A stretch of DNA of 64,000 bases. It comes from Candidatus Omnitrophota bacterium. GTDB lineage: Bacteria; Omnitrophota; Gorgyraeia; Gorgyraeales; Gorgyraeaceae. The position numbers and the translations under genes were made by a program. Location: assembly GCA_043822665.1 (NCBI GenBank), contig JBDRBM010000050.1, forward strand, positions 22,038-86,037. Reading direction: 5' to 3'. This document shows positions 16,501 to 25,442 of this stretch, piece after piece (position 1 is the stretch's first letter; each line of letters opens with the position of its first letter). The notes beneath the pieces were generated by a model. It was not told where the DNA came from and ran no database searches. It saw only the letters and a list, made by a program, of their open reading frames with translations.

Positions 16501-17496
16501 TTAGCAAATGCGCGGAAGATGTTCTCCGCTCAACATGTCAATTATCTTTTTCCCGCCTATCCTTGTCTCAAGATAAACCTTTTTGCCTTTCTCTTTTTTG
16601 ACCTCACCGATTATAGCGCTTTTCCCGCCAAGAGGGTGTTTTTTCATTTTAGATAATATCCTCGACGCGGCCTGAGAAGCAACAATGGCTACAACCTTGC
16701 CTTCATTGGCCATATATAAAGGATCCATGCCCAGCGCTTCACACAAGGCCCTTACGCTCTCTTTGACAGGCACGCTCGATTCGGCCAGGCAAATATTATA
16801 CCCTGCCTCAGCGGATATTTCATTTAAGGTAGTAGCAATACCTCCGCGCGTGGGGTCTCTCATGAACTTAATATCACTGCTTATAATGGACGCTATCAGG
16901 CTATCAAGAGAAGCGCAGTCGCTGGAAATTCTTGCCTTAAATTTTAACTCTTCTCTGGCCAGAAGCACTGCTGCGCCATGATCACCTATTGTCCCGTTTG
17001 TAATAACTTTATCGCCCGGCCTTATACGCTCTACAGAAAGTTTTGTATGTTTGTAAACCTCTCCTATCCCGCATGTAGTTATAAAAATTTTATCTACGGC
17101 GCCTTTTTCAACGACCTTAAAATCCCCTGTGACCACATCGATCCCTGCCTTCCTGCAGGCCATCCTTACCGATAACACTATCCTTTCCAGATCAGTGTAA
17201 CCAAACCCCTCCTCTACAATAACAGCGCATGACAAATATCTCGGCCTTGCGCCACTCACGCATAAATCATTTACCGTCCCGCAGATCGACAACTTTCCGA
17301 TATCCCCTCCCGGAAAAAATATTGGGCTGACAACAAATGAATCTGTTGTAAACGCGAGTTTATAGCCTGCCTTAAAAACAGCCGCGTCTCCTAATTTATT
17401 CAAAAGAGGGTTGCCCAGTTCTTTAACGAATACCTCTTTTATTAAATCATGCATTAATCTTCCGCCGCTGCCATGAGCGAGAGTTATTCTCTTCAT
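16501..17496 (-). CDS. hypE: Hydrogenase maturation carbamoyl dehydratase HypE.
   Basis: AIR-synthase-like fold, N-terminal …AHGSGG… and the diagnostic C-terminal PRIC. Confidence 0.9.
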   Translation of the reverse strand: MKRITLAHGSGGRLMHDLIKEVFVKELGNPLLNKLGDAAVFKAGYKLAFTTDSFVVSPIFFPGGDIGKLSICGTVNDLCVSGARPRYLSCAVIVEEGFGYTDLERIVLSVRMACRKAGIDVVTGDFKVVEKGAVDKIFITTCGIGEVYKHTKLSVERIRPGDKVITNGTIGDHGAAVLLAREELKFKARISSDCASLDSLIASIISSDIKFMRDPTRGGIATTLNEISAEAGYNICLAESSVPVKESVRALCEALGMDPLYMANEGKVVAIVASQAASRILSKMKKHPLGGKSAIIGEVKKEKGKKVYLETRIGGKKIIDMLSGEHLPRIC

Positions 17497-18581
17497 CTTC
17501 TATACCTATAATATGCCGCGCAGCTGCCTTCGCTTGAGACCATGCATGCGCCTTTTGGTTTTTCAGGAGCGCATGTCTTCGCGAATGAGGGGCAGTCAAA
17601 AGGCACTTTTATACCTTTAAGGATACTGCCACAGATACAGCCTGTATCAGGCCTTGTCTTTAAAGGTCTCGTCGGAAAAACCTTTTCAGCGTCAAAGCCT
17701 GAATATTTGCTATTAAGAAAAAGGCCGCTTCGCCTGATTGTCCCAATACCCCGCCATTCAGAATCTTTAATCGAAAAAACCTCGTTTATTAAAGCGAGGG
17801 CTTTTTTGTTGCCAGAATTTTTTGCCACTCTTGTGTACTGATTTTCAACTTTCACTCTTTTTAATCTTATTTGTTCTAAGATCATCCATATGCCCTGCAG
17901 TATATCCACTGGCTCAAACCCTGTTATAACGCACGGGATTTTATATCTACCTGCTATAAGCGCGTAAGGCCGGGCTCCTATAATAGTGCTCACGTGGGCT
18001 GGGCAAAGAAACCCGTCTATCTTTACGTCTCCGCCTTTTACCAGAGCCTCCATTGCGGGCAATATAACCTTATGCCCTGAAAACACAAAAAAGTTTTTCA
18101 GATCTTTCTTTCTCGTGTATACAAGACTGGCCGCAACTGTTGGAGAGGTAGTCTCAAATCCTATGCCCAGAAAAATCACTTTTTTATCTGGATTTTTTTG
18201 AGCAAGTTCTACCGCGTCCAGCACAGAATATACGATTCTGACATGTCTCCCCTTTGCCTTTTCTTCCGCTAGACTGGAATTTGAACCAGGCACTCTTGTC
18301 ATGTCTCCGAAAGTCGTTAAAATAACTTTGGGGTTCCTTGATAAGGCTATTGTCTTATCAATATAAGACTTGGGCGTGACACAGACAGGACAGCCAGGCC
18401 CTGAAATAAGATTTACGCTATCGGGCAGTATGTCTTTTATACCAAAATTACATATGGCCATTGTGTGAGTACCACACACCTCCATTATATTAAGGGGCTT
18501 TAGGCCTTCGGCCGTTCTTGATATAGCTCCCGACAGACTCTTTACGATTTTAGTATCCCTGAATTCGTCTATGTATTTCAT
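17493..18581 (-). CDS. hypD: Hydrogenase maturation factor HypD.
   Basis: CGTHT, GPGCPVC and FxxPAHVS motifs. Translationally coupled to hypE. Confidence 0.9.
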   Translation of the reverse strand: MKYIDEFRDTKIVKSLSGAISRTAEGLKPLNIMEVCGTHTMAICNFGIKDILPDSVNLISGPGCPVCVTPKSYIDKTIALSRNPKVILTTFGDMTRVPGSNSSLAEEKAKGRHVRIVYSVLDAVELAQKNPDKKVIFLGIGFETTSPTVAASLVYTRKKDLKNFFVFSGHKVILPAMEALVKGGDVKIDGFLCPAHVSTIIGARPYALIAGRYKIPCVITGFEPVDILQGIWMILEQIRLKRVKVENQYTRVAKNSGNKKALALINEVFSIKDSEWRGIGTIRRSGLFLNSKYSGFDAEKVFPTRPLKTRPDTGCICGSILKGIKVPFDCPSFAKTCAPEKPKGACMVSSEGSCAAYYRYRR

Positions 18582-18661
18582 CTTCGATTAGGCGCCATAT
18601 ACGTGTAGTGTAGTTGCAGCGTCTTGCGCTGCAAATCTTGTAGTCTTTCAATATAACCAAG

Positions 18662-18868
18662 CTATATACTTTTAAGCATGCGAAGGGTTTCTTCAGCTTT
18701 TTTAGGATCAAGTTTTTCTATGGCAAAACCCGCGTGCACCATGACATAATCCCCTATCCTGGGGCTGCTGAGAAAATTTATGCCTATCTTGCGCTCCACC
18801 TTTCCGGCAGACACAATCGCCCTGTCGCCCTCTATTTTTAAAATCTTCATTGGAATCGCCAGACACAT
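18662..18868 (-). CDS. hypC: Hydrogenase assembly chaperone HypC.
   Basis: Starts MCLAIP (conserved Cys2). 68 aa. Confidence 0.9.
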   Translation of the reverse strand: MCLAIPMKILKIEGDRAIVSAGKVERKIGINFLSSPRIGDYVMVHAGFAIEKLDPKKAEETLRMLKSI

Positions 18869-18870
18869 AT

Positions 18871-19998
18871 CTATTTCCCCGCGGCCATAACTGCCTGACC
18901 CAAAGCAATATTCCCATCGTGGGCAGGTAAGCTTTTATGACAATACACATTGAATCTCTCCTTTACCAGAAGAAGCCTAATGCGCGCTATCAAATAGCTA
19001 TTCTGAAATACCCCGCCGCTCAGACATACTTTGTTTACCCTGTATTTCTTTCTCAATAAGAGGCAAACATCTTTTACCATATGACAAACAGCATTATGAA
19101 ATTTCAATGAAATCTCACTTTTACTCTTTTTACTTTTCAAATCCTCAACAACCCCTTTAATCACAGGCGCCCAATCAATTATAATTAATCCTTTGCTGTC
19201 TAAATACTTAAAATCGTATCCTCTCTTATAGCTGATATCCGATAGCTGACAGCTGACAGCCTTCTCTAGTTCAATCGCCGCTTCGCCTTCATAATCCGCC
19301 TTATCGCAAACCCCTGCCAGCGACGAAACAGCGTCAAATAGCCTTCCCATGCTGGATGTAAGCGGGGAATTTATCTTCTTGTCTATAATCTGAGAGATAA
19401 GCTCTATTGACTGCTTATCTAATCTGCTGACAAATTCCCCGGCCGAAATGTAAAGCCTCCTGCCGTATGTACTATAAAGGTAACTTACTGCCATGCGCCA
19501 TGGCTCTCTGACAGCTGCTTCAGCGCCTGGCATAGGGATATATTTTAAATGCGCGGCCCTTTTAAATTTTTTTACAGTACCAATAAAAAATTCTCCGCCC
19601 CAGATATTCCCGTCCAAGCCAAAACCTGTACCGTCAAACGCGACACCTATTACTCTGCCGCTAACTTCATTATCAGTTATACAGCTTGCTATGTGCGCTT
19701 CGTGGTGCTGAACATTCTTTACTTTCCCGAGCATCATCTTGTTTGCATATTTTGATGTAATATATTCGGGATGAAGATCGCAGGCTACTATATCCGGTTT
19801 AATTCTGATTCTATTTTGAACTCTCTTTATATGCCGCTGGAAATTCGCAAAATTTTCCATGTCTCCCATGTCCCCGAAAGACTCATAAAAATAGGCGTTA
19901 TCCTTGTTCAAAAAACAAAAACTACCCTTTGACTGCGCGCCCAGCGCAAGAATTGTATTGCTTTTTCGCATCGGGAGTTTTACTTTAATATGCTTCAT
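18871..19998 (-). CDS. hypF: HypF C-terminal Kae1/YgjD-like carbamoyltransferase domain only (split or truncated HypF).
   Basis: 375 aa starting at …ILALGAQSKGSFCFL… (start of the HypF Kae1-like domain), with the HEAH and FDGTGFG motifs. No acylphosphatase, Zn-finger or YrdC domains. The gene upstream is unrelated. Confidence 0.75.
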   Translation of the reverse strand: MKHIKVKLPMRKSNTILALGAQSKGSFCFLNKDNAYFYESFGDMGDMENFANFQRHIKRVQNRIRIKPDIVACDLHPEYITSKYANKMMLGKVKNVQHHEAHIASCITDNEVSGRVIGVAFDGTGFGLDGNIWGGEFFIGTVKKFKRAAHLKYIPMPGAEAAVREPWRMAVSYLYSTYGRRLYISAGEFVSRLDKQSIELISQIIDKKINSPLTSSMGRLFDAVSSLAGVCDKADYEGEAAIELEKAVSCQLSDISYKRGYDFKYLDSKGLIIIDWAPVIKGVVEDLKSKKSKSEISLKFHNAVCHMVKDVCLLLRKKYRVNKVCLSGGVFQNSYLIARIRLLLVKERFNVYCHKSLPAHDGNIALGQAVMAAGK

Positions 19999-20081
19999 AT
20001 AGAATTTATTATAAAAGCCTATTTTGTCATTTCATTTTAACGAGGTTTTGAAAATTGCCTAATTTTAAGGGTAGGTAGCGG

Positions 20082-21116
20082 TTATTGTAAGTTATCCTTG
20101 GCCTGCCTGGAGACAAGAGCAAGTTTATTAATAATAATGCCTGCCAGATCCTGAGAAAGCGTACCCATCCCGCAGCTTGGCGTGATAAGGGAACGGGATA
20201 ATAATAAATCCCGGGAAATCTTTTTCTTCTCCAGCTTATCTATCTCAGCGGAAAGCCTGAAAAAAAGCGTCTCTTCTGTCTCTTTTACGACTGCTTCAGA
20301 CGTCGGGATTATGCCCCACGCAAGATAGCCGCCTCTTTTTAAAAACCTTGTTATCTCATCGGGGTAAAGTGAAAGGCCCTCGGCATAGGCATAGGCATCA
20401 AAATTTATAACATCAACTTCTGTCTCCGCAAGGAGCGACCAGTCTGTATTGCCACAACAATGAATCGCGCTCAATGCGCCTTTGGAATGTATCTTCTCTA
20501 TGATGGAATTCAGCATCAAAATAACCTCCTGGCGCTCTATGCTCACAAAGCTCGAACCAAAACTTGTCAGGTAAGGCTCATCGATGAAAATGATAACATT
20601 GTTGGAAATTTCTTTCAATCTCGCTATCTGAAAACCAGCCTTTATCTCCAGTAGTTTGATAAAACCTTCCTTAAGCATGTCATTATATATAATCGATTTA
20701 CCTTTCTCATCAACCACGCTGAGGCCAAAACTGACAGGACCTGTGATCTGGCCTTTTACATAACCAGGATTAAATCCTCCTGCCAGCTCAAGAAATTTAT
20801 AAAATCCTTCCGCTGATTCTCTTGAAAGACCAAGCAGCTCATAGTCACCCGAGAGGTATGTCTCATATATCTTTCCCAGCCCTTCGCTCAGATCTTTTGT
20901 AGTATCTACGAATATTTTCCGATTTTTCTCATCTATTATTAAGGCTGGCAGGCCCTCGGCAAACTGGACATACATGCTTTCTTTAAATCCCTTTTTGGGA
21001 AGCTGGGGCCAGAAAGGTATATCAAATCCAGCGCATATCTCCCTGACACCTTTTATGGCGTCCAGATACGGCAGACTGCCTATGCCGGTAGTTAAAAATC
21101 TTTCCTTTATTTTCAT
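20082..21116 (-). CDS. Cobalamin-independent methionine synthase C-terminal-like / URO-D-like methyltransferase family protein.
   Basis: 344 aa TIM-barrel-like sequence with the Zn-ligand pattern (H…C…E…C) of the MetE C-domain family. Family-level call only. Confidence 0.45.
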   Translation of the reverse strand: MKIKERFLTTGIGSLPYLDAIKGVREICAGFDIPFWPQLPKKGFKESMYVQFAEGLPALIIDEKNRKIFVDTTKDLSEGLGKIYETYLSGDYELLGLSRESAEGFYKFLELAGGFNPGYVKGQITGPVSFGLSVVDEKGKSIIYNDMLKEGFIKLLEIKAGFQIARLKEISNNVIIFIDEPYLTSFGSSFVSIERQEVILMLNSIIEKIHSKGALSAIHCCGNTDWSLLAETEVDVINFDAYAYAEGLSLYPDEITRFLKRGGYLAWGIIPTSEAVVKETEETLFFRLSAEIDKLEKKKISRDLLLSRSLITPSCGMGTLSQDLAGIIINKLALVSRQAKDNLQ

Positions 21117-21186
21117 AATTACCTATTCTAACACCCTGAGCTATCTCGGTCAATTTTAATATAACGTATATTAAATTTGACTTATC

Positions 21187-21224
21187 CACAATGTAGGTGA
21201 CCCTTAAGGGTCACCTACATTGTG
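21187..21224. repeat. Perfect 38-bp palindrome CACAATGTAGGTGACCCTT|AAGGGTCACCTACATTGTG.
   Basis: Lies in the intergenic region upstream of the metE-like gene. The sequence CTTATCCACAATGTAGGTGACCCTTAAGGGTCACCTAC is shared with the 61562 copy in opposite orientation. Confidence 0.75.
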
Positions 21225-21558
21225 CCCTTGCCAGAGCAAAAAGACGAACAAGCGCAGACGAGTTATAAATCGCATCGGACAACGGAAGTTCTCAGTGCCG
21301 AATGATCTCAGGCTGACTTAGATATAGCATTGGCTTATTTCATCTTCAGGTGCTTTCCTAACTCGCTTATAACGTATTTTCGCGTCATGCGGCCCTGCGT
21401 ATCATATCTGTAAACTATCGCGTTATCCTTGTCCAAAAAATACATCACATTGCTTTCTCCTGAAAACAATAAATTAGCGGGAAGTAACGGCTGGCAGGTT
21501 ACCCTTTTTGAAAAAACTGAGAAAAGGAGCCATGCGCAGATAAAACCTATCGCGAATA

Positions 21559-22230
21559 TCAGGGCCTTATTTTCTTTAACCATCTTATCCTCCTTCTTCT
21601 TCTATCCCTATTATAACAAACAACCCCCAGGACATTAATGCCTGAAAGTTCTTCTATTATTGAAGGGTTTGTTTTTACAGCAAGATCTTTTTTTATGCGG
21701 CTGGCATAATTAAATATCACGCCGGCTATCGTTATGCCTTCAGCCTTTAGCATGCCTATGGTCATAATCGTGTGGTTTATTGTGCCGAGGTTCGGCCTTG
21801 CGACTAGGATAACAGGCAATTTCATTTTTGATATCATATCGCGCACATAAAATATTCTTTTCCCTGTCTTTTTTAAAGGTACCATCAATCCGCCAATGCC
21901 TTCTACTATCATAATATCTCTGTTCGAGCAAAGCTCCTCAAAACTCTGCCATATAATACTCAAATCTATTTTCTTTTTTTCCAGTCTCCCTGCCGCAAGA
22001 GGCGCCAGCGGATATCTTAATGCCACCGGGTTTATAAGATTTAAATCTGCCTTGAAATAGGCGGCTTTTTTTAAAATCCTGGCGTCAGAACAAGCCCTCC
22101 TGACACCTGTTGCCACTGGTTTCATCACAGCTACCTTTAGCCCTTTACGCGAGAAATACCTTGCCAGGCACGCCGCGACTTCTGTCTTTCCAACGCCTGT
22201 ATCAGTCCCTGTTATAAAAAATCCCCTCAT
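21559..22230 (-). CDS. bioD: Dethiobiotin synthetase.
   Basis: N-terminal P-loop GTDTGVGKT and overall BioD length/sequence. Confidence 0.85.
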   Translation of the reverse strand: MRGFFITGTDTGVGKTEVAACLARYFSRKGLKVAVMKPVATGVRRACSDARILKKAAYFKADLNLINPVALRYPLAPLAAGRLEKKKIDLSIIWQSFEELCSNRDIMIVEGIGGLMVPLKKTGKRIFYVRDMISKMKLPVILVARPNLGTINHTIMTIGMLKAEGITIAGVIFNYASRIKKDLAVKTNPSIIEELSGINVLGVVCYNRDRRRRRIRWLKKIRP

Positions 22231-23389
22231 TCTTTAGCCTCCGGAAAGCATCTATGGCTTTATCAATATGGGTATCTTTATGCGTGGCCATTATAGAAAC
22301 CCTTATCCTGCATTTATTTTTAGGCACTGTAGGCGGCCTTACGCCGGGCGCAAATATACCCATATCAAATAATCTTTCAGCTGTCCTCATTGTACTGGAA
22401 ACATCTCCTGTCAATACAGGCACTATTTGAGTCTCCGATCCCATTGTGTCAAAACCCAAACCTTTTAAGCCTGTTTTAAATCTTTCCGCGTTTTGCCATA
22501 ATCTTTTTCTTAAATCTTTATCTTTTATTGCTATTTCTATGGCCTTTATGCAACCTGAGACTATTGCGGGAGGCAGCCCAGTGGTATATATAAAAGATCT
22601 TGCCCTGTTACGTATATACTCTACAAGAGATCTGGATCCTGCTATATACCCGCCTAACGAACCAAATGCCTTACTGAGCGTCCCCATCTGTATATCCACA
22701 CCTTCTTTTATGCCGAAATGCTCGCATGTGCCCCTGCCTGTTTCACCAAGAACGCCGGCAGCATGAGCATCGTCTATCATTAACATCGCGCTAAATTTTT
22801 TTGCGATCCTCGCCAGATCAGGAATAGGCGCTATATCGCCATCCATACTGAAAACACCGTCTGTAATAATCAGTTTTTTCTTATACGCTGTTTCTTTTTT
22901 TAGGATCTCTTCTAATTTTCTTAGATTTTTATGCGGATAAACCCTGAGCCTTGCGCGGCTCAGCCTGACGCCGTCAAAGATACTGGCATGATTCAGTTTG
23001 TCGCATATCACAAGGTCATCTTCCCGGACAAGAGAGCTTATGGCGCCTACATTAGTCATATACCCGGTCGGAAAAACAATCGAGCGTTCTGTGTTTTTGA
23101 AATCAGCTATTTCCCGCTCAAGTTCCTCATGCAGGCTCATATTGCCTGAAATAAGGCGGGATGCGCAGGAGCCTGCGCCAAATTCTTTTACAGCATCAAT
23201 CTGAGCCTTTATTACTTCTGGATGGTTTGCTAAACCGAGATAATTATTAGAGGAAAAAAGGATTACTTCTCGTCCGTCGATTTTTACAACAGGGCCCTGG
23301 GCTGAATCAATTCTCTTCATCTCCTTGAAGAGCCCGAGTTTCCTTAATTCATCCAGCTCCTGCTGTAGCAATAAATCCAAGCCAACCAT
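22202..23389 (-). CDS. bioF: 8-amino-7-oxononanoate synthase (class II aminotransferase).
   Basis: PLP-enzyme motifs (…DDAHAAGVLG…, Lys in TLSKAFG) and the bio operon context. Confidence 0.8.
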   Translation of the reverse strand: MVGLDLLLQQELDELRKLGLFKEMKRIDSAQGPVVKIDGREVILFSSNNYLGLANHPEVIKAQIDAVKEFGAGSCASRLISGNMSLHEELEREIADFKNTERSIVFPTGYMTNVGAISSLVREDDLVICDKLNHASIFDGVRLSRARLRVYPHKNLRKLEEILKKETAYKKKLIITDGVFSMDGDIAPIPDLARIAKKFSAMLMIDDAHAAGVLGETGRGTCEHFGIKEGVDIQMGTLSKAFGSLGGYIAGSRSLVEYIRNRARSFIYTTGLPPAIVSGCIKAIEIAIKDKDLRKRLWQNAERFKTGLKGLGFDTMGSETQIVPVLTGDVSSTMRTAERLFDMGIFAPGVRPPTVPKNKCRIRVSIMATHKDTHIDKAIDAFRRLKNEGIFYNRD

Positions 23390-23406
23390 AATTAAAAAAT
23401 TCTACC

Positions 23407-24381
23407 CTATCTTACTACCATGGGCATGAATTCTGTTGAGCCAAACATGCCGTATATTCTGTGCTTCTTAAGCCAAAGCGCTCGTTTCATATAGCCAAGA
23501 GCAGGCCCTATCACATTGGCTGCCATGGAAGTCTCATCTCCGAGTATAAATCTGTGGCAGGATCGTTTACCTTCAAAGGTAACGCCTGTAAGTGTCATTG
23601 TGGTAGAAACCGGTTTTTTAGCATGCCGTGTATCCATCACACCGCCTACTGAAACTTTATCAAGAGAATCAATAACACCTGCTTTTTTAAGCAGTATATC
23701 GTCAGCGTGTTCCATATCGCGAAGAACAAGCCTTCCATCTGTCTTATTCAAGAGTTGTTCCACCTCTTCATCAGTCATTCTTTTTGCCCTGTTAACTGTA
23801 TACCCCGGCAGATGCGCGATATCTTCTCTGATTGTTGCCTTGTACGCGTCCCAGTTGGAAATACCTACTCCCCACCAAATATTCACATCTTCGATCTTTG
23901 TAAACGACTGCGCCGCCAAAACTGCCGCGGCTGACAAAATGCCAGGTGTCGCGCCACATCCGGCTATATACACGCTCTTATTCCTCTTTAATCCCGGGCT
24001 CAATCTCATCATCAACCTCATTGCGCTCGTACGTTTTAACGCACAGGTAAAGACTCCGCTATAACCTGCTTTTATAAAGCGTTTTAACACGCCGGGGATG
24101 AATTCATTTGGCAGATTTGGAAGAGCGGCAAAAATTCCGTCATATCTATCTTTGAGCTTTATAATCTCGCGTATCGAATCCTTTGAAGGTTTCATCTTAC
24201 TAAGGTCATTTACAGTTATTCCGTCCTTACAATATAAATATCCGCGCGAATCGCAAATAGCTACAACTTTTGCCTCTCTTTTTTTTGCCGCGACTTCAAG
24301 ACACGCCCTGCCAATGCCTCCTGCTCCCAGCACCGCAATCTTAATCTTCTTCATAATCCCTCCTATTAAGTTCAAAACCAA
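23407..24381 (-). CDS. Saccharopine-dehydrogenase-like NAD(P)-Rossmann protein. Candidate BioU-type (BioA-replacing) DAPA-forming enzyme.
   Basis: N-terminal IAVLGAGGIGRA dinucleotide-binding motif. 324 aa. It is embedded between bioB and bioF in an operon that lacks bioA. The functional assignment is inference from context. Confidence 0.5.
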   Translation of the reverse strand: MVLNLIGGIMKKIKIAVLGAGGIGRACLEVAAKKREAKVVAICDSRGYLYCKDGITVNDLSKMKPSKDSIREIIKLKDRYDGIFAALPNLPNEFIPGVLKRFIKAGYSGVFTCALKRTSAMRLMMRLSPGLKRNKSVYIAGCGATPGILSAAAVLAAQSFTKIEDVNIWWGVGISNWDAYKATIREDIAHLPGYTVNRAKRMTDEEVEQLLNKTDGRLVLRDMEHADDILLKKAGVIDSLDKVSVGGVMDTRHAKKPVSTTMTLTGVTFEGKRSCHRFILGDETSMAANVIGPALGYMKRALWLKKHRIYGMFGSTEFMPMVVR

Positions 24382-25327
24382 GATCCTTTACCATCTGTAA
24401 ATCCTCTTCCACAGACCTTCCTTTTGTCGTGAGATACCCTCCTATGATCATGCCGTTTGCTCCTGCCATAAATGCCATGGCCTGTAAGTCCCGCAGGCCC
24501 TGCTCTCTGCCGCCTGCTACCTTTATTATTGCTTTAGGCAAGATCAGCCTGAAGACCGCTATTGTCTTAATCGCCTCTAATGGCTCAACGGGTTTAACAT
24601 GCTCGAGCGGGGTGCCTTTTCCCGGATTAAAAATATTTACCGGAACACAGCCTATGTTCATCTCCTTCAACGTAAATGCCAGATTTAATCTTTCTTCAGG
24701 GCCTTCTCCCAGCCCTATTATACCGCCGCAACACGGCCTTACTCCTGTTTTTTTCAGCATACCAACCATGCTTAGCCTGCTGTCATAGGAATGCGTAGTG
24801 CATATATTTTTGTAAAATCCCCGCGACGTTTCCAGATTATGGTTAAACCTGTCAATCCCCAGCGCCTTTAACTCTCTAATCATCCCTATGTTAAGCTTGC
24901 CGAGAGAACAATCTACCTTGATACGAACTATTTTATTTATCTTCCTTATAGCCTCTTTTATTTTTTCAAATTCTTCTTCGGTAGGGCCTTTTCCGCTTAT
25001 TACAATGCAAAAATTTGATGCGCCTTGTTTTTTCGCGGCCTTGGCTGAGCCTATCATCTTACTGACACTTACCAGCGGATAAGTCTTGCGCCCTGTCTTA
25101 TATCTCGACGACTGGCTGCAGAATCCGCAATCTTCCGAACATAATCCGCTCTTGGCGTTAATCAAAGAACACAGATCCATCTTATTGCCGCAAAATTTCC
25201 TCCGTATTAAATCAGCAGTATGCATCAGGAGTAATAAATCTTCGCTTTTGGCGGCCAGGAGTTTCTCTGCTTCTCTAAATCCTAACTCTTTCCCGGAAAG
25301 TATTTCTTCAAGAATAGATTTAATCAT
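24341..25327 (-). CDS. bioB: Biotin synthase (radical SAM).
   Basis: CSEDCGFC radical-SAM motif and BioB-like length and sequence. Confidence 0.85.
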   Translation of the reverse strand: MIKSILEEILSGKELGFREAEKLLAAKSEDLLLLMHTADLIRRKFCGNKMDLCSLINAKSGLCSEDCGFCSQSSRYKTGRKTYPLVSVSKMIGSAKAAKKQGASNFCIVISGKGPTEEEFEKIKEAIRKINKIVRIKVDCSLGKLNIGMIRELKALGIDRFNHNLETSRGFYKNICTTHSYDSRLSMVGMLKKTGVRPCCGGIIGLGEGPEERLNLAFTLKEMNIGCVPVNIFNPGKGTPLEHVKPVEPLEAIKTIAVFRLILPKAIIKVAGGREQGLRDLQAMAFMAGANGMIIGGYLTTKGRSVEEDLQMVKDLGFELNRRDYEED

Positions 25328-25333
25328 AACGCT

Positions 25334-25376
25334 CTTAACTTGACGAAACTTACATTGTAAGAATCGTTAAGTTAAG
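25334..25376. promoter_or_regulatory. Nested inverted repeats immediately upstream of bioB (candidate operator).
   Basis: The outer arms cttaacttgacg / cgttaagttaag have 1 mismatch. They enclose a perfect 13-bp palindrome cttacaTtgtaag, 7-50 bp upstream of the bioB start codon. Confidence 0.35.
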
Positions 25377-25442
25377 GAAGGTAAGCTTTGGATATAGCTA
25401 TATTTTACATTGAATATCTAAATTGTCAACCTAAGCATAAAA

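Noticed and set aside
18708-18950. An 80-aa ORF overlapping hypC and the hypF' 3' end.
   Set aside because: It is out of frame with, and overlapping, two strongly supported genes, and its translation is Arg/Gly-rich junk.
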